IMG/VR virus record: IMGVR_UViG_3300032203_000014 | Coordinates: 1 to 51,540 of that record | Length of the DNA stretch: 51,540 nucleotides | Source of the DNA: a virus | Lineage: Duplodnaviria; Caudoviricetes | Direction: 5' to 3' (one strand) | Shown: piece by piece, positions 26,609-36,921 of the stretch | Numbering within the stretch: position 1 is the first letter of the stretch | Layout of the letters: every line of letters begins with the position of its first letter | The notes under the pieces: model-generated | The model's database searches: none | What the model was told of the DNA's origin: nothing | The model's input: the letters and a program-made list of their open reading frames with translations, nothing else | Position numbers and translations under genes: made by a program

Positions 26609-29461
26609 CTATATCTCGAAAATAATCATATCACCAGCAGGAGGCACGGCCGTGTCGCCCATTATAAACTCTAGGCTGTCTCCGCCAGACTCTGCTATAC
26701 CCACTGGAATAGTTACCCGCTGAAAGCTCTCCAGTCCGTCGCGCTCTGAATATACCTCAACTGTGCCACGGCCTCCGCTTGAAAGCTCTGCCAATATTCC
26801 TAATGGTATGCTGAAGTTCTGTCCTGTAACACCACCTTGAGAGAATATGTAGTTACCTCCTACGTCCTTCACGGCCACGGCATAAGTGGTTCCAGCTTCC
26901 GGCGAGGATATGCCTCCATCCTCGAACCCAATCAGGGCCCCGCCAGTTTGCTGAAGCCTGTTGCGGTGCACCCAAGATAGATCGACAGAAGACAGGAGTC
27001 CTGTGGGGAAAAAGAACCCGTTCACCAGTATGCGAGCCGGCGGGTAAGGCCTAGCAGCCCGCCCCACCAGTGGCACTGACAAGGCTGTCGCATCAGACAG
27101 TGCCACTTCCCCGCTTCCAGACACTGGGGTGATCTTTATATTGACCGTTTCCCCGCTAATGTATTCAGTCTCTTCAGCCGAGGCGAATTCATCCCAGAAA
27201 GTGATGACTGACCCGGCAGCATGCTGAGCTGGCACAGTATCAAGCACTCCGCGCTTTATCGTCATCTCTCCGGTAGAGATATTCAAGGACTCCACCGACA
27301 CTAGCTCATCCCCTATTTGAGCCCAGGTGCCCTCCACAACCTCAGCTAGGGCTATGCCCGCCGTTAGAGTGACTTGAGTATCAAGCCAGTCTAAGGTCTC
27401 GACTATCTTGGCCCCGGGGCTGAAGTCTACAAGCCCGCTGTCGTCATACCCGGTTCCACTGTCGACATAGAACCGAGCATTTATAGCCGACCCGCCAGGG
27501 GATACCGCTGCACCGCCCGCATAAGAAGCTTGCGGGTTATTGGCCAGCAACTGGTCTACCACATCTTGGCTTTGCCGTTGTACGAGCTCCAAATACGGTA
27601 CTTCAAAAGCCAGCTGAAGCGTGGCCGGTTTCGGCGGCTGTGCAGGGTTCTCCCACACTGGATCGCTTGGCGCAACAGGCGACACCAAAGGCATAGAGAA
27701 TGAATCCTCTATGCAAGTGATCTTGATGCGGTTAGTTTTCCCATTACCATAAGCCATTGCCACAACACGCATTACCGCATCATATAGGCTGTACTCCGGC
27801 CAGGTGACCTTGAACACGTCTCCAATCTCCAGGTCACGAGCCTTGCGATCTGCATAGATGTCGCAAGTAGCATACTGACCTGAAAGAGCCCGAAGGTTAA
27901 GCATGGCGACACGCCCCGCCATACCTGCATCTGGCAGACCGACAAACTGCAAGGTTGTAGCAACTGGCGCCCCTTGCATAGCAGCAAGCGCTGGGTCCTG
28001 AGCAGTCACAGAGGCTTGGGAGCCTGTGGTAACACTCCAATAATTGACCGTGACAGAGGTTGTCAGCTCGCCGAAAGTGGGGCGCTTGAAATTCTCCACT
28101 TTCTGTATATTGCCTTCATCAAGAGACCATATAGAATTGACATCATAGTCATCCCGTATAAGCTTGATCTTGAATAACCCGGTATGCCTGTCCACAAATA
28201 GGGCAGCGTTGGCATGCTTCAGAAGCTCCATCGTAAAGTCCTCGATGGACTTCTGCCGGTCCCATATCATGCAGATGCCAAGACGCTCTGCCCGCAGCTG
28301 TCTTGCGGCGGCCCGGAAGCTTGCGTCATCAAGGTCGCTATCCATGTAGCCCATGCCCCAGTCCGGGTCTGTCAAGGTTTCCCGTATGGCGTGGACTACG
28401 TTCATGGCAGAAGATTCTCCCATGAAGGCAAAAAAGATGGCGTTGTAGAGAGCCGATGGATCGGAGCCATCTACTACAGGCACTCCGACGTCCGGAGTAT
28501 TTATCATCTGCTTAGTATAGCCTACGTCATCCAGGTCGATATTTACCCCGTAGACTTCCACCTCATTATTACCCGACCAGTCTCCCTGCCTGTTGAGCAG
28601 AGGAGCGGCTTCGGCCAGTGTGTCTGGAAAACTGCTGACAGGTCCAGGCTCTCCATCTGTCACGAGGCACATGACATTATGCCGTTCTCCACTATGGGGA
28701 GAAAACCAAGTTTTAGCGTAGGTGAAAGATGAAGTAAAGTTAGTCCCTCCCGGCGAAGTCGATAGCCCGGCGACAAAGGTTTTCAAGCTGTTAATGCCTG
28801 CTTGGTCAACAGTTGTCCGGGACATCGGACGCCCGTTTATGGTATGTATGGCAATGTCTACTGGAGCGGGAGAGTCTTGGGCTAAGAAGGCAAGCTCATC
28901 TAGTACCTGTAGCATGTTGTCTTTCATGACGTCCATGCGTGAGCGACCGCCTCCCGCCACGGTATCCATAGAGCCTGAATCATCTAAGGAGAATAGAATA
29001 CGCTGGCGGATAGCAAAAGCTGTGGCTGTCGGGATGACAGCCATCTGAGAATACCATTGGGGAATACCGTCTTGGCGAACAAGAACCCGTGAGACCCGAA
29101 AGTCCCACTTCTTCAAGTACTGGCTCATGCCAATATACATCTGACGGAGTACTACCCCAACTACTCCACGGAAAGCGGGTACGAGCCCACCTAGCCTGGA
29201 TTGTAGGTAGTCATTCACGCCCTGAGTCGGTTCTCCCGGCTCAAAGTCTAAGTCTCCTTGGATGCCTCCTTCACGAGACTCTCCGCCAAATAAATCTGCA
29301 CGGTTTATATGGATTCGCCCAGCTCGGCGGGAGCCGAGCCAGGCGTCTTTCTCATCTACCCTGATGCGGACAATCTTATCGACAGGCCCATGGCAGAGAA
29401 TCATGTGGATGCCAATGTAGTATTTATATCCTACCGTGACCTTCTTGCTACGTCCGCCCAT
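26609..29461 (-). CDS. Tail tip / central fibre protein with inserted von Willebrand factor A domain
   Basis: N-terminal MGG.SKKVTVGYKY...HMILCHGPVD; phage tail-tip region; MIDAS DDSGS...T...TDG. Confidence 0.85.
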   Translation of the reverse strand: MGGRSKKVTVGYKYYIGIHMILCHGPVDKIVRIRVDEKDAWLGSRRAGRIHINRADLFGGESREGGIQGDLDFEPGEPTQGVNDYLQSRLGGLVPAFRGVVGVVLRQMYIGMSQYLKKWDFRVSRVLVRQDGIPQWYSQMAVIPTATAFAIRQRILFSLDDSGSMDTVAGGGRSRMDVMKDNMLQVLDELAFLAQDSPAPVDIAIHTINGRPMSRTTVDQAGINSLKTFVAGLSTSPGGTNFTSSFTYAKTWFSPHSGERHNVMCLVTDGEPGPVSSFPDTLAEAAPLLNRQGDWSGNNEVEVYGVNIDLDDVGYTKQMINTPDVGVPVVDGSDPSALYNAIFFAFMGESSAMNVVHAIRETLTDPDWGMGYMDSDLDDASFRAAARQLRAERLGICMIWDRQKSIEDFTMELLKHANAALFVDRHTGLFKIKLIRDDYDVNSIWSLDEGNIQKVENFKRPTFGELTTSVTVNYWSVTTGSQASVTAQDPALAAMQGAPVATTLQFVGLPDAGMAGRVAMLNLRALSGQYATCDIYADRKARDLEIGDVFKVTWPEYSLYDAVMRVVAMAYGNGKTNRIKITCIEDSFSMPLVSPVAPSDPVWENPAQPPKPATLQLAFEVPYLELVQRQSQDVVDQLLANNPQASYAGGAAVSPGGSAINARFYVDSGTGYDDSGLVDFSPGAKIVETLDWLDTQVTLTAGIALAEVVEGTWAQIGDELVSVESLNISTGEMTIKRGVLDTVPAQHAAGSVITFWDEFASAEETEYISGETVNIKITPVSGSGEVALSDATALSVPLVGRAARPYPPARILVNGFFFPTGLLSSVDLSWVHRNRLQQTGGALIGFEDGGISSPEAGTTYAVAVKDVGGNYIFSQGGVTGQNFSIPLGILAELSSGGRGTVEVYSERDGLESFQRVTIPVGIAESGGDSLEFIMGDTAVPPAGDMIIFEI

Positions 29462-29633
29462 TGGCTACCTCCACCACTTGCCGAGCCATCTCGTCACCAG
29501 TGCCGAGTAACTCTTCTTCATCAATACCCTCTTTCAAGAAGGTATCCCAGTCCAAGCCATGCTTCTTGAAAAAGTCGCGAGTACCGCGAGAGCACATCTT
29601 GGCCTGCCGAATATGTTCCATTCTGATCTTCAT
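29448..29633 (-). CDS. Small tail assembly protein
   Basis: MCSRGTRDFF..HGLDW..FLKEGI motif; coupled overlaps with both neighbours. Confidence 0.7.
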   Translation of the reverse strand: MKIRMEHIRQAKMCSRGTRDFFKKHGLDWDTFLKEGIDEEELLGTGDEMARQVVEVANGRT

Positions 29634-29866
29634 TTCTTACCGCCTTTCTTCTTGACTGCGACGGCTCGAAAGTCCCCATACCAGACTACATTGGGGCCGG
29701 TAATATCCTTTGTGCCAAAAAGCACAGGAATCTCCCGCCCGTCTTCTGCGGTGGGCAAAGAGAAGTCGCCCAGTCCAGCAGGCGGCGCAGACTGGGCTTT
29801 TGGTGTTGCCATCGTGAACCCGATGACAAGGGCGGCCACGAATACCGCCGCAAAAATCCATGCCAT
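29630..29866 (-). CDS. Small tail tip protein
   Basis: PTAEDGREIPVLFGT..ITGPNVVWYGD...KKKGGKK. Confidence 0.75.
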   Translation of the reverse strand: MAWIFAAVFVAALVIGFTMATPKAQSAPPAGLGDFSLPTAEDGREIPVLFGTKDITGPNVVWYGDFRAVAVKKKGGKK

Positions 29867-29875
29867 GTTTATCTC

Positions 29876-31327
29876 CTATACAATCGAGGAGCCATTAAAA
29901 GGGTTCCTTGATGGAATCCAATCAAAGCCACCATAATTGGGCAAATTATTAAACCGATCATTGCAAGTCTGCCGATCGCGAGGGCATCCAGGGTACAGAG
30001 TCACTGCCAGCCCTCCATAAACCATCCCGTATGACTGGCCATAGCCCTGCTCATTGAAAAGCTTATTGAGAGAGACTGACCCGCGCATCATAACGATAGT
30101 GGACCCTGAATGGCTGGCGATAAGCCTGGACGTCCCATCAGGCAGTTCAATAAGCCCCATGGCAAAATATCCTGGAGGGTAGTTGGCTGCTTCGGGTACC
30201 GTGACTGATACTCCATTGACACCGGTCGGCACAGCTCGTACTGCAAAGTTCGCTTTAGGCACTTTACACCGGCGTCCATATAGAAAATGCCGGCACATAC
30301 GCTGATACCGTGCGCCTAGTCCAGGACGCTGCAGCGAGGTGAATACCGAGTCAAAGGATAGCACTATCTCGGCCCCCTTGGGCTTTGTGCCAGCTAGGCG
30401 GCCTTTCCATATAACGTGGGTATCTCCACCATCGTCAGAGTCGTCCTGCTCCCAGATAGTAAGTCCCACCATGGTCTCAATCGAGTCTTTGAGCCACCGG
30501 CTGGCTGCTTCATTCTGAATATCAAAGGTCACGTCAAGATCAGCCCGGGCAACATCTTGCTTGGACTCGACCTCACTATGGGATACCGCCGCAGGTAGGT
30601 ACACCTCATTATTGAATTCTATTGGGTAAGGGGCATTGGTGTATGTCCACACCAGCCGCTCCTCATAGTCTTCAGTAAGCAGGGCATTATAAAGGTCGTC
30701 ACCCGAGCCAAGTGTTATGGCTTGCACGCCATCCCTTGGAGTATTGTCTAGCATATCGAGATACGGTGTCTCGAGGATAGCCACGGCCACCGCGTGAAGA
30801 TTCACGTCATTGTCATTGGCCTTGGAGAAGGCTCCTTGCCGGCGGATCATGTCTCCGCCAATACGTGCAGCCGAAGTAGCCGAGCTTTGGGGTTCTGGCT
30901 CCCCATCCGTTATCATGAAGGCGGCTCGCCGGAAGCCTGGAGTGCGTGTGGTGAAGTGATCGACAATTTGCCTCATGAAACGGTCGTAAGGAGTGCCGCC
31001 ATTGGCAGTCAGCCCGGATACAAAAGCCTTCAAGGCGGCAATGTCGTCCGTGTTGACGTTCCAGCGTGTTTCCAGCAAGTTGCGAGAAGAGCTGAAGGCG
31101 TGAATGCCGATGTGCATGGCAATCTCTCGCTGCTGGCGAATCTCGTCCAAGCGGTCCAGCACTGCCCGCATCTGGGTTTTTACCAGGTCCAGCCGGGTAC
31201 GAGTACCGACTACCAGCTCATTCATGGAGCTAGAGACGTCGATAACAAAAAATAGGTTGTTATTGCGAGAAAAGGGGTCCACAGGCCCCCCCTCGGCAAA
31301 ACGGTAGAAAGCGGTAAGAGCACTCAT
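29876..31327 (-). CDS. Tail hub/tip protein (DUF2163/BR0599, lambda gpL-like) with inserted vWA domain
   Basis: CRHFLYGRRC...PGCPRD..TCNDRFNN..NYGGF..IP C-terminus; MIDAS DVSSS...TDG near the N-terminus. Confidence 0.85.
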   Translation of the reverse strand: MSALTAFYRFAEGGPVDPFSRNNNLFFVIDVSSSMNELVVGTRTRLDLVKTQMRAVLDRLDEIRQQREIAMHIGIHAFSSSRNLLETRWNVNTDDIAALKAFVSGLTANGGTPYDRFMRQIVDHFTTRTPGFRRAAFMITDGEPEPQSSATSAARIGGDMIRRQGAFSKANDNDVNLHAVAVAILETPYLDMLDNTPRDGVQAITLGSGDDLYNALLTEDYEERLVWTYTNAPYPIEFNNEVYLPAAVSHSEVESKQDVARADLDVTFDIQNEAASRWLKDSIETMVGLTIWEQDDSDDGGDTHVIWKGRLAGTKPKGAEIVLSFDSVFTSLQRPGLGARYQRMCRHFLYGRRCKVPKANFAVRAVPTGVNGVSVTVPEAANYPPGYFAMGLIELPDGTSRLIASHSGSTIVMMRGSVSLNKLFNEQGYGQSYGMVYGGLAVTLYPGCPRDRQTCNDRFNNLPNYGGFDWIPSRNPFNGSSIV

Positions 31328-32481
31328 GATCCAGGCACCTCAATAATTGGCATGGAGACAGTAGCACCGCCTCCGTCTGTATAGCTAATCTCGACACGAT
31401 CGGAATCGAACCGTACACATGTCATGATGCTGACACGGCGGAGTTCAGGCAGCGTCCAGGCTGCTCCAGAAACAGGCGACAGGCGCAGAGCGGTCTGGCT
31501 ATTCGCGACGATAGAAGCTGCCAGAACTCGGTAGAACAGGAGCTCCCCGGTATTCCTCTCCACTACAATGTCAAAGGGCACATTGGCGGACATTCCCGCT
31601 ATAGGCGAGTTGACCATCAGCAGGTGAAAGCCCGGGTCGTCGGGATTGGGAGCAATACCGCTAGTTGGCTCAAAATCCCTATTGTGGGACCGGTACCAGA
31701 ATGCGCGGCGCTTTCCTCGACGGGAATGCACCCATTCGAGCATGCGCAAGCGCTCTACCCTATCAAGAGGAGACCAGGACATGACGCTATTGGTCTGGGC
31801 CTCGGAATACAGGGGAGAACCCACGATAATGCCTGTCTGGTTGTCTACCTCGTCCAGTTCGCGAAAATGATTCTCGGTAAGATCGGAGACCAGTATGTTG
31901 TCATCCAGTAGAACATCTTTGCCCCTATATTGTGGGTAAGTATAATTGGGCCGCAGTTCAAGAGCTCCAACCGCTTTAAGCACCAGCTGGGCGTTGACAA
32001 CTGCCTGTGTGCTGAGTGTATAGTCAGGGCTCTGGGACCACCGAACGGCCTGCAGAGGCAGCACGCAGGCATCTTGAAGGGTCGAAGCAGGGCCCTCCTT
32101 CAAAGTGATACCCGCGGCGTCCCAAACGGCCACGGTTGTGGTGTGGTAAGCCCTATCAGACTCCCACACTACAACCGCTTGGCCGACTCCGAAGAAGCGA
32201 GCGTCAAAAATACCGGCAATGGCATCTTGGCCTGCCACCACATTCCCGACGTTCTCATAATGCTGCCACATCGGGAAAAGAAAGTCCTGAGCCTGTGTGC
32301 GGGAGAAGACCTTGGCCCGGCCGTATTGCTCCGGGTCAAGGTAGCACGAGACTTGATAGGACTGGCGAGGCAGGTGCCTGAGAGCAATGCGATCCTCTCC
32401 CGCCTTGCAGCGGATGACGTCCGTCAGCCACTCGAGGCTCTCAGTAATGCCCCGCTGCGGGATAAAGGGCCACAATTCCAC
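31324..32481 (-). CDS. Distal tail protein
   Basis: ESLEWLTDVI...EDRIALRH.PR; directly follows the tape measure gene. Confidence 0.7.
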   Translation of the reverse strand: MELWPFIPQRGITESLEWLTDVIRCKAGEDRIALRHLPRQSYQVSCYLDPEQYGRAKVFSRTQAQDFLFPMWQHYENVGNVVAGQDAIAGIFDARFFGVGQAVVVWESDRAYHTTTVAVWDAAGITLKEGPASTLQDACVLPLQAVRWSQSPDYTLSTQAVVNAQLVLKAVGALELRPNYTYPQYRGKDVLLDDNILVSDLTENHFRELDEVDNQTGIIVGSPLYSEAQTNSVMSWSPLDRVERLRMLEWVHSRRGKRRAFWYRSHNRDFEPTSGIAPNPDDPGFHLLMVNSPIAGMSANVPFDIVVERNTGELLFYRVLAASIVANSQTALRLSPVSGAAWTLPELRRVSIMTCVRFDSDRVEISYTDGGGATVSMPIIEVPGS

Positions 32482-32484
32482 AGG

Positions 32485-34821
32485 TTAACCTCCTATTGCC
32501 ATATTCCTAATGGTCGTGCGATTGCGGTGCACAACGTTCATCAAAAGCTCCTCGCCAGCGGCTGTCGACAGGTAGTCTCCAATGACTCCGGTGTCGAAAG
32601 CATTCACCTGCTTCAGGTTGAGTACCGGGGCGGCTTGTTGCGCAGTTGGAGCACCTTCAGGGTAAGCCCTGGAAGTCAACTCCCGCCCACGCACCGACGC
32701 CGGCCCGCGAACCAGTTCAGGCCCATACTCACCAACAATGCCAATCTTGCCCGCTGGAATCTGCCCGCCCTGGTCATAGGCTCCAGAGAATTGGGCGCCA
32801 TTGATCTGGGCAAGTATCCCTACGCCAGTCGCTGCCACCCGCGCCATCTCCGCCAGGTTGGCGGGGAAGCCCAGTTCTTGGGCCTTGGCGATACCGGTCG
32901 CGATCGACATAGCGGCTTGCGCTACCGAGAAAGCTTTGCTCACCGCAAATAATGCCCTATAAGCGGAAGACTGCTCGCCAGCGTAGGCTTTTGCAAGACC
33001 CGCTAGACCGTTGAACAGCTGCTCACCCGTCTGGAGCTGTGTCTGAAGGCGCTGGTTTTCCAGAGCATCCGTCTCGGCATCAAACTGTTGCTTGAGCCGA
33101 CGCAACAGGTCCTGGCGCTCCAGCTCAGTTATTTCCTCGTTCGCGAGAATCAGTTCTTTCTTGCGATCGTAGGACCGCTGCAGAGCCTCCTCTTCATTCA
33201 GCAGTCCGTTATAGAGAGCGTCTACACTTGCCTGCCGTTGGCGAGCGAGGTCGGCCAGCTCCTTATCCCGAGCCTGCGTGACCTTATCTGTCATGCGCTG
33301 CTGAATCTCGGAACCCACTTCGGTATTGTTCCGGATGATGTCAATGCGCCGCTGGTAGGATTCGGCGATGGCCTCCTCCTGGGTCAGCAGGGACCGGCGA
33401 AGCCCTTCTACTTCCGAGTTGCGAGACTCGCCCAGCTTAGCCAGCTCTTGGGCACGCCGCTTGGCTGCTGCTTCTGCTGCCTTGGCTGCAGCTTTGTCCA
33501 CTTTATCTGCCGCAGTCGGGTCTGCCCCTACCCCGAACTGGATAAGGCGGTCTCCGCCAGCCGCGCGACGAGCGGCCGCCGCATCGTCATACTCCTTGCG
33601 GAGCTTCTTGGTGGCAGTGATCTGATCTTCAACCGCGTTAATGGTAGCCTGACGCTCGCCCATGATCTGGGCGATTGAATCTGCCCGAGAAGCGGCGATG
33701 CCATCAAGCGAAGACTGCAGGCGAGAGCCGGCGTCCGCGAAGGTGTCATCCGTGAAGATGGCCTTGACTCCATCAACGAATGCCTGAGCGTACGCCCGAA
33801 TGGCATTGAAGCCAGACAGGAACTCCACAACCAGAATCTGGATCATCGCCCGGACGTTCTGGGGGAACTGCTTGAAGGCGTCAATGAGGAACTCGACGAC
33901 AGCCAGGCCTTCATCGCCCCACTCGCCAAAGGTATCCTTGAGCCATTCAGTGATGAGGCTGACAGTCATCTCTATGTCAGTGCCCCAGTCACGGAAAGCG
34001 ATCATAATGGCTTTGAGGTATCCCTGCATCTCACCAGAGGCGATCATGTCAGTAAGACCTTCCAGTGCCTCCGAAGCCACGTTGACAGCATCAGTGATCG
34101 CATCGCCAATGCCCTGTTGCGAGATAGTACGCCACAAGCCGTCCCAGGAGTCACCCAGGCCGGCGATGGCACCATCGAGCGAGTCCATCCGGGTTGCCAT
34201 AGCACTGGCGAACTCGTTTTCGCCCAGGGCCATGAGGTATCCCTCAATCTCCTTGGCGTTATTGCCAATCGTGGTCGTTGTGCCGCGGAAGGTTAGGGAG
34301 ACTTTATCCCCCTCCTGCTTAGCCTTGATACCGAATTCTTTCAACCGCTCGAATTCACCAGTGGCAGCATCGGCCACTGCTTCGATCATCTGGTTGAGGT
34401 CCTTGCCCATCGCAGAGGCGGTGTTGCCATAGGACACCATCGCCCGCTCAGACGGCTCAAGGCCCAGGTTCACCAGCTTAGTGAAACCTTCAACCGCTTG
34501 CTGCAGCCCGTAGGGTGTCTGTGTAGCGAAGTCGTTCAGCGCTTCGAAGGCGACTGCCGCCTTCTCAGTCGACCCCGTGGCCGTGATAAGACCAGCGTTC
34601 AGAACGCCAAATTCCCGCTGCACGGAAATGAGCTTGTTGAACGTTCCAATAACGGCGACGGCCGCAGTAAGCGGCCCGAGGAGTTTGGTGAAAGAGCCCA
34701 TCAATCTAGAGGTGGCCCGTTCAGCCGAACCTCCGGAAGTGGACATGCCCTTCAACCGCCGATCGGCGGTTTGTACTTGGTCACTGCTGACACAGACTAC
34801 TAGATTGGCTACGTCAGCCAT
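32485..34821 (-). CDS. Tape measure protein
   Basis: FATQTPYGL, IEAVADAATGEFERLKEFGIKA; Ala-rich and helical; C-terminal GAYDQGG.IPAGK.GIVGEYGPE. Confidence 0.92.
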   Translation of the reverse strand: MADVANLVVCVSSDQVQTADRRLKGMSTSGGSAERATSRLMGSFTKLLGPLTAAVAVIGTFNKLISVQREFGVLNAGLITATGSTEKAAVAFEALNDFATQTPYGLQQAVEGFTKLVNLGLEPSERAMVSYGNTASAMGKDLNQMIEAVADAATGEFERLKEFGIKAKQEGDKVSLTFRGTTTTIGNNAKEIEGYLMALGENEFASAMATRMDSLDGAIAGLGDSWDGLWRTISQQGIGDAITDAVNVASEALEGLTDMIASGEMQGYLKAIMIAFRDWGTDIEMTVSLITEWLKDTFGEWGDEGLAVVEFLIDAFKQFPQNVRAMIQILVVEFLSGFNAIRAYAQAFVDGVKAIFTDDTFADAGSRLQSSLDGIAASRADSIAQIMGERQATINAVEDQITATKKLRKEYDDAAAARRAAGGDRLIQFGVGADPTAADKVDKAAAKAAEAAAKRRAQELAKLGESRNSEVEGLRRSLLTQEEAIAESYQRRIDIIRNNTEVGSEIQQRMTDKVTQARDKELADLARQRQASVDALYNGLLNEEEALQRSYDRKKELILANEEITELERQDLLRRLKQQFDAETDALENQRLQTQLQTGEQLFNGLAGLAKAYAGEQSSAYRALFAVSKAFSVAQAAMSIATGIAKAQELGFPANLAEMARVAATGVGILAQINGAQFSGAYDQGGQIPAGKIGIVGEYGPELVRGPASVRGRELTSRAYPEGAPTAQQAAPVLNLKQVNAFDTGVIGDYLSTAAGEELLMNVVHRNRTTIRNMAIGG

Positions 34822-35146
34822 TGCGCACCTTCCAGAATATGCGGTCGAGGGACTTCAGCAAGTCCCGCTCCCATCCTTTCAGGCCCGGGCCTGCTGGAGG
34901 CAGCGACCAATAATGAATTTCCGAGAAGGTCAACGGCTCACCCGTGAACATCTCCCTATACCACTCCCATATATACCTCAGTTCCTCGGGGCATTCGGGC
35001 GCTTCCGCCAGATGCTTCGGCTTTCGCTTCAGCGTCTTCCATACCTGGAGGAGGCTCGCCCGGAGTGTTTGCTTAGACCCCTTTGGTATCAGGTCGAGGC
35101 GGAACTCGTGCTCGGCGTATTTGCCGAGCTGCTCGACCTTCCTGCG
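34814..35146 (-). CDS. Tail assembly chaperone, -1 frameshift extension (gpGT-like T segment)
   Basis: Open -1 frame after the slippery T7C run (35146-35153): RRKVEQLGKYAEHEF...YIWEWY...LTFSEIHYW...DRIFWKVRNG*; stop overlaps the tape measure start. Confidence 0.75.
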   Translation of the reverse strand, partial: RRKVEQLGKYAEHEFRLDLIPKGSKQTLRASLLQVWKTLKRKPKHLAEAPECPEELRYIWEWYREMFTGEPLTFSEIHYWSLPPAGPGLKGWERDLLKSLDRIFWKVRNG

Positions 35147-35538
35147 AAAAAAAGCGAACGCTTGGACGCCGCTGCGTCAAGGGCATCAGCAATCTGCGGA
35201 GCCTCTTCAAGGAACGCCACGATATTCGCTTCAGTGCACTCCTGCTCGAAACTCCAGGCGATGACCAGGGCTGCGATGAGCTTGCGTTTGGATAGCTCTA
35301 CCTCTGCCAGCCGTTCCCGCGGGTTTTCGATTTGCGCAATACGCATCACATCCCGCTTAGAGCCGGCTTCGGCCAGGCGGAACTCATCCGAGTCTACCCC
35401 GCGAATCTGAATCCAATGTTCGGTCTTGTCCCCCTGCGGGGTGTACAGCGGCACCTTGATGCCTTCGTTGGCGGCCTTGCGGGTATGGAACATCTCCATA
35501 CCACTTGGGGCCGCGACGCTCTCCTTCTTATCCGTCAT
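35089..35538 (-). CDS. Tail assembly chaperone (gpG-like)
   Basis: Between tail tube and tape measure genes; IRGVDSDEFR; slippery site near the 3' end. Confidence 0.8.
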   Translation of the reverse strand: MTDKKESVAAPSGMEMFHTRKAANEGIKVPLYTPQGDKTEHWIQIRGVDSDEFRLAEAGSKRDVMRIAQIENPRERLAEVELSKRKLIAALVIAWSFEQECTEANIVAFLEEAPQIADALDAAASKRSLFFAGRSSSSANTPSTSSAST

Positions 35539-35540
35539 TT

Positions 35541-36479
35541 TTATGCCTCTTTGCGGTCAATGATAATGTTGGTGCCCGTGGCGGCATCAAGCAGTGCCTG
35601 GAAGGGCATGCTCAAGGTGATCGGGCCTTCGCCGTCGACGTCGGGCTGACCACCGTTGTACTTGATACGCGGCAGGGTCACCGTGTACTTGTTGCCCAGG
35701 GCATCGGGTAGCTCGAAGACAATGTTGGACTCAGTTTCATTGACGAACTTGTCCAGCAGAAGAGAGTCTTCGAAGTACGCCGTGATGGTACCCGAGACGT
35801 TCGACCGACCGATGGACGGGCGAATGGTCTCCTTCGAGCCAACAACAAAGCGCGCCTCCAGCCCGTTTTCAACGTTCAGCTGAATCTCAGTAATGACAGC
35901 AATGGGCTTGCTGGCCTCATTGAGGGTTCCAGTAAACGAGTCAAGCGGAGAGGTCGTCGTAGGCTGGCCGTAGGTAGCGCCTGCGATGATGGCCGTGTCG
36001 GTAGCAAAACCTTTGCCCAATACTCCGAACGTCCCAGTAATCATTGTGTTAGCATTGATTGCCAGAGCTAGAGTATTGAACTCCACACCCGTGAAGCGGT
36101 GGTATGGCCGATCAGAGGTCAGGATGTCACCAAAGAAGCGTTCGACCGTGAAGGAGCGGCGCAGTACGCCGGCCTTCAGGCGATCGACGCCGGACCCACC
36201 TCCGTCGACTTCCCAGGTGCCAAGCGTTACCGCTTCCAACAGGTCGTCGAAGCTGCCATAGGAGAGCTCCAGGTTGATGTCCCCTCCAGTCTGTCGAGCT
36301 CCGTGACGGAAGTCAGCAATCTGACGATCCGCGCGAATCTCTTCGGACTGAAGGGCTTCTTTGGTCAAGGCCAAGGTTGTGCCGGTGTGGCGGATGGGCT
36401 TGAAAGCGGGCGTGGCCGGGGTCACCCCGTAGGAAGTCTCGGCCACATAGCGCATGGAGTGGCGGCTGCCGTTTGCCAT
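35541..36479 (-). CDS. Major tail tube protein
   Basis: YVAETSYGVTP...SEEIRADRQ..D.RHG...GGDINLELSY; 312 aa. Confidence 0.88.
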   Translation of the reverse strand: MANGSRHSMRYVAETSYGVTPATPAFKPIRHTGTTLALTKEALQSEEIRADRQIADFRHGARQTGGDINLELSYGSFDDLLEAVTLGTWEVDGGGSGVDRLKAGVLRRSFTVERFFGDILTSDRPYHRFTGVEFNTLALAINANTMITGTFGVLGKGFATDTAIIAGATYGQPTTTSPLDSFTGTLNEASKPIAVITEIQLNVENGLEARFVVGSKETIRPSIGRSNVSGTITAYFEDSLLLDKFVNETESNIVFELPDALGNKYTVTLPRIKYNGGQPDVDGEGPITLSMPFQALLDAATGTNIIIDRKEA

Positions 36480-36497
36480 GATGTATGCTCCTATATG

Positions 36498-36920
36498 TTA
36501 AGGATTACGGGGGATTCTGGCGAACCAGGTAATCGTCATGCTCACACGGTACCATCCATCAACCTCTCGCCCGCGTGAACGTCCACAAGAGGAAACTGTC
36601 GCGTATGCTCCCTGATAGGAGAGTCTGCGCCCAGCTTTGAAAAACGAGGCTACTTGGTCAGCTTTAGCCCTTACGGCTGCCTCGCCTTTGCCCAATGGAT
36701 AGTTCAAGTCGATCTGGACTATCCCATCATGAGCGTCTTCCCCCTCATAGCCGAGTGTGGCAACTGAAGGCTGATTTGGAAGAATGAATACCGCAGCCCA
36801 GGGGCTGCCGTCTGTTGGCTTGTTTGGAAAAGAGGCATTCTCAATGCCGATAGGCATGCCCAGGGTGGCATCTACTACGCCCTGCATCAATGCCGCATGA
36901 AGCTTGCTTGATTCTGCCAT
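36498..36920 (-). CDS. Tail terminator (DUF4128-like)
   Basis: EN..F...W...LPNQP...GIVQIDL.YP.G.G; start moved to the ATG at 36920. Confidence 0.7.
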   Translation of the reverse strand: MAESSKLHAALMQGVVDATLGMPIGIENASFPNKPTDGSPWAAVFILPNQPSVATLGYEGEDAHDGIVQIDLNYPLGKGEAAVRAKADQVASFFKAGRRLSYQGAYATVSSCGRSRGREVDGWYRVSMTITWFARIPRNP

Positions 36921-36921
36921 A

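Noticed and set aside
31930-35410. Long + strand ORFs (for example 31930-32952, 34577-35410) in the tail region
   Set aside because: Antisense to well-supported tail genes; translations are not protein-like.
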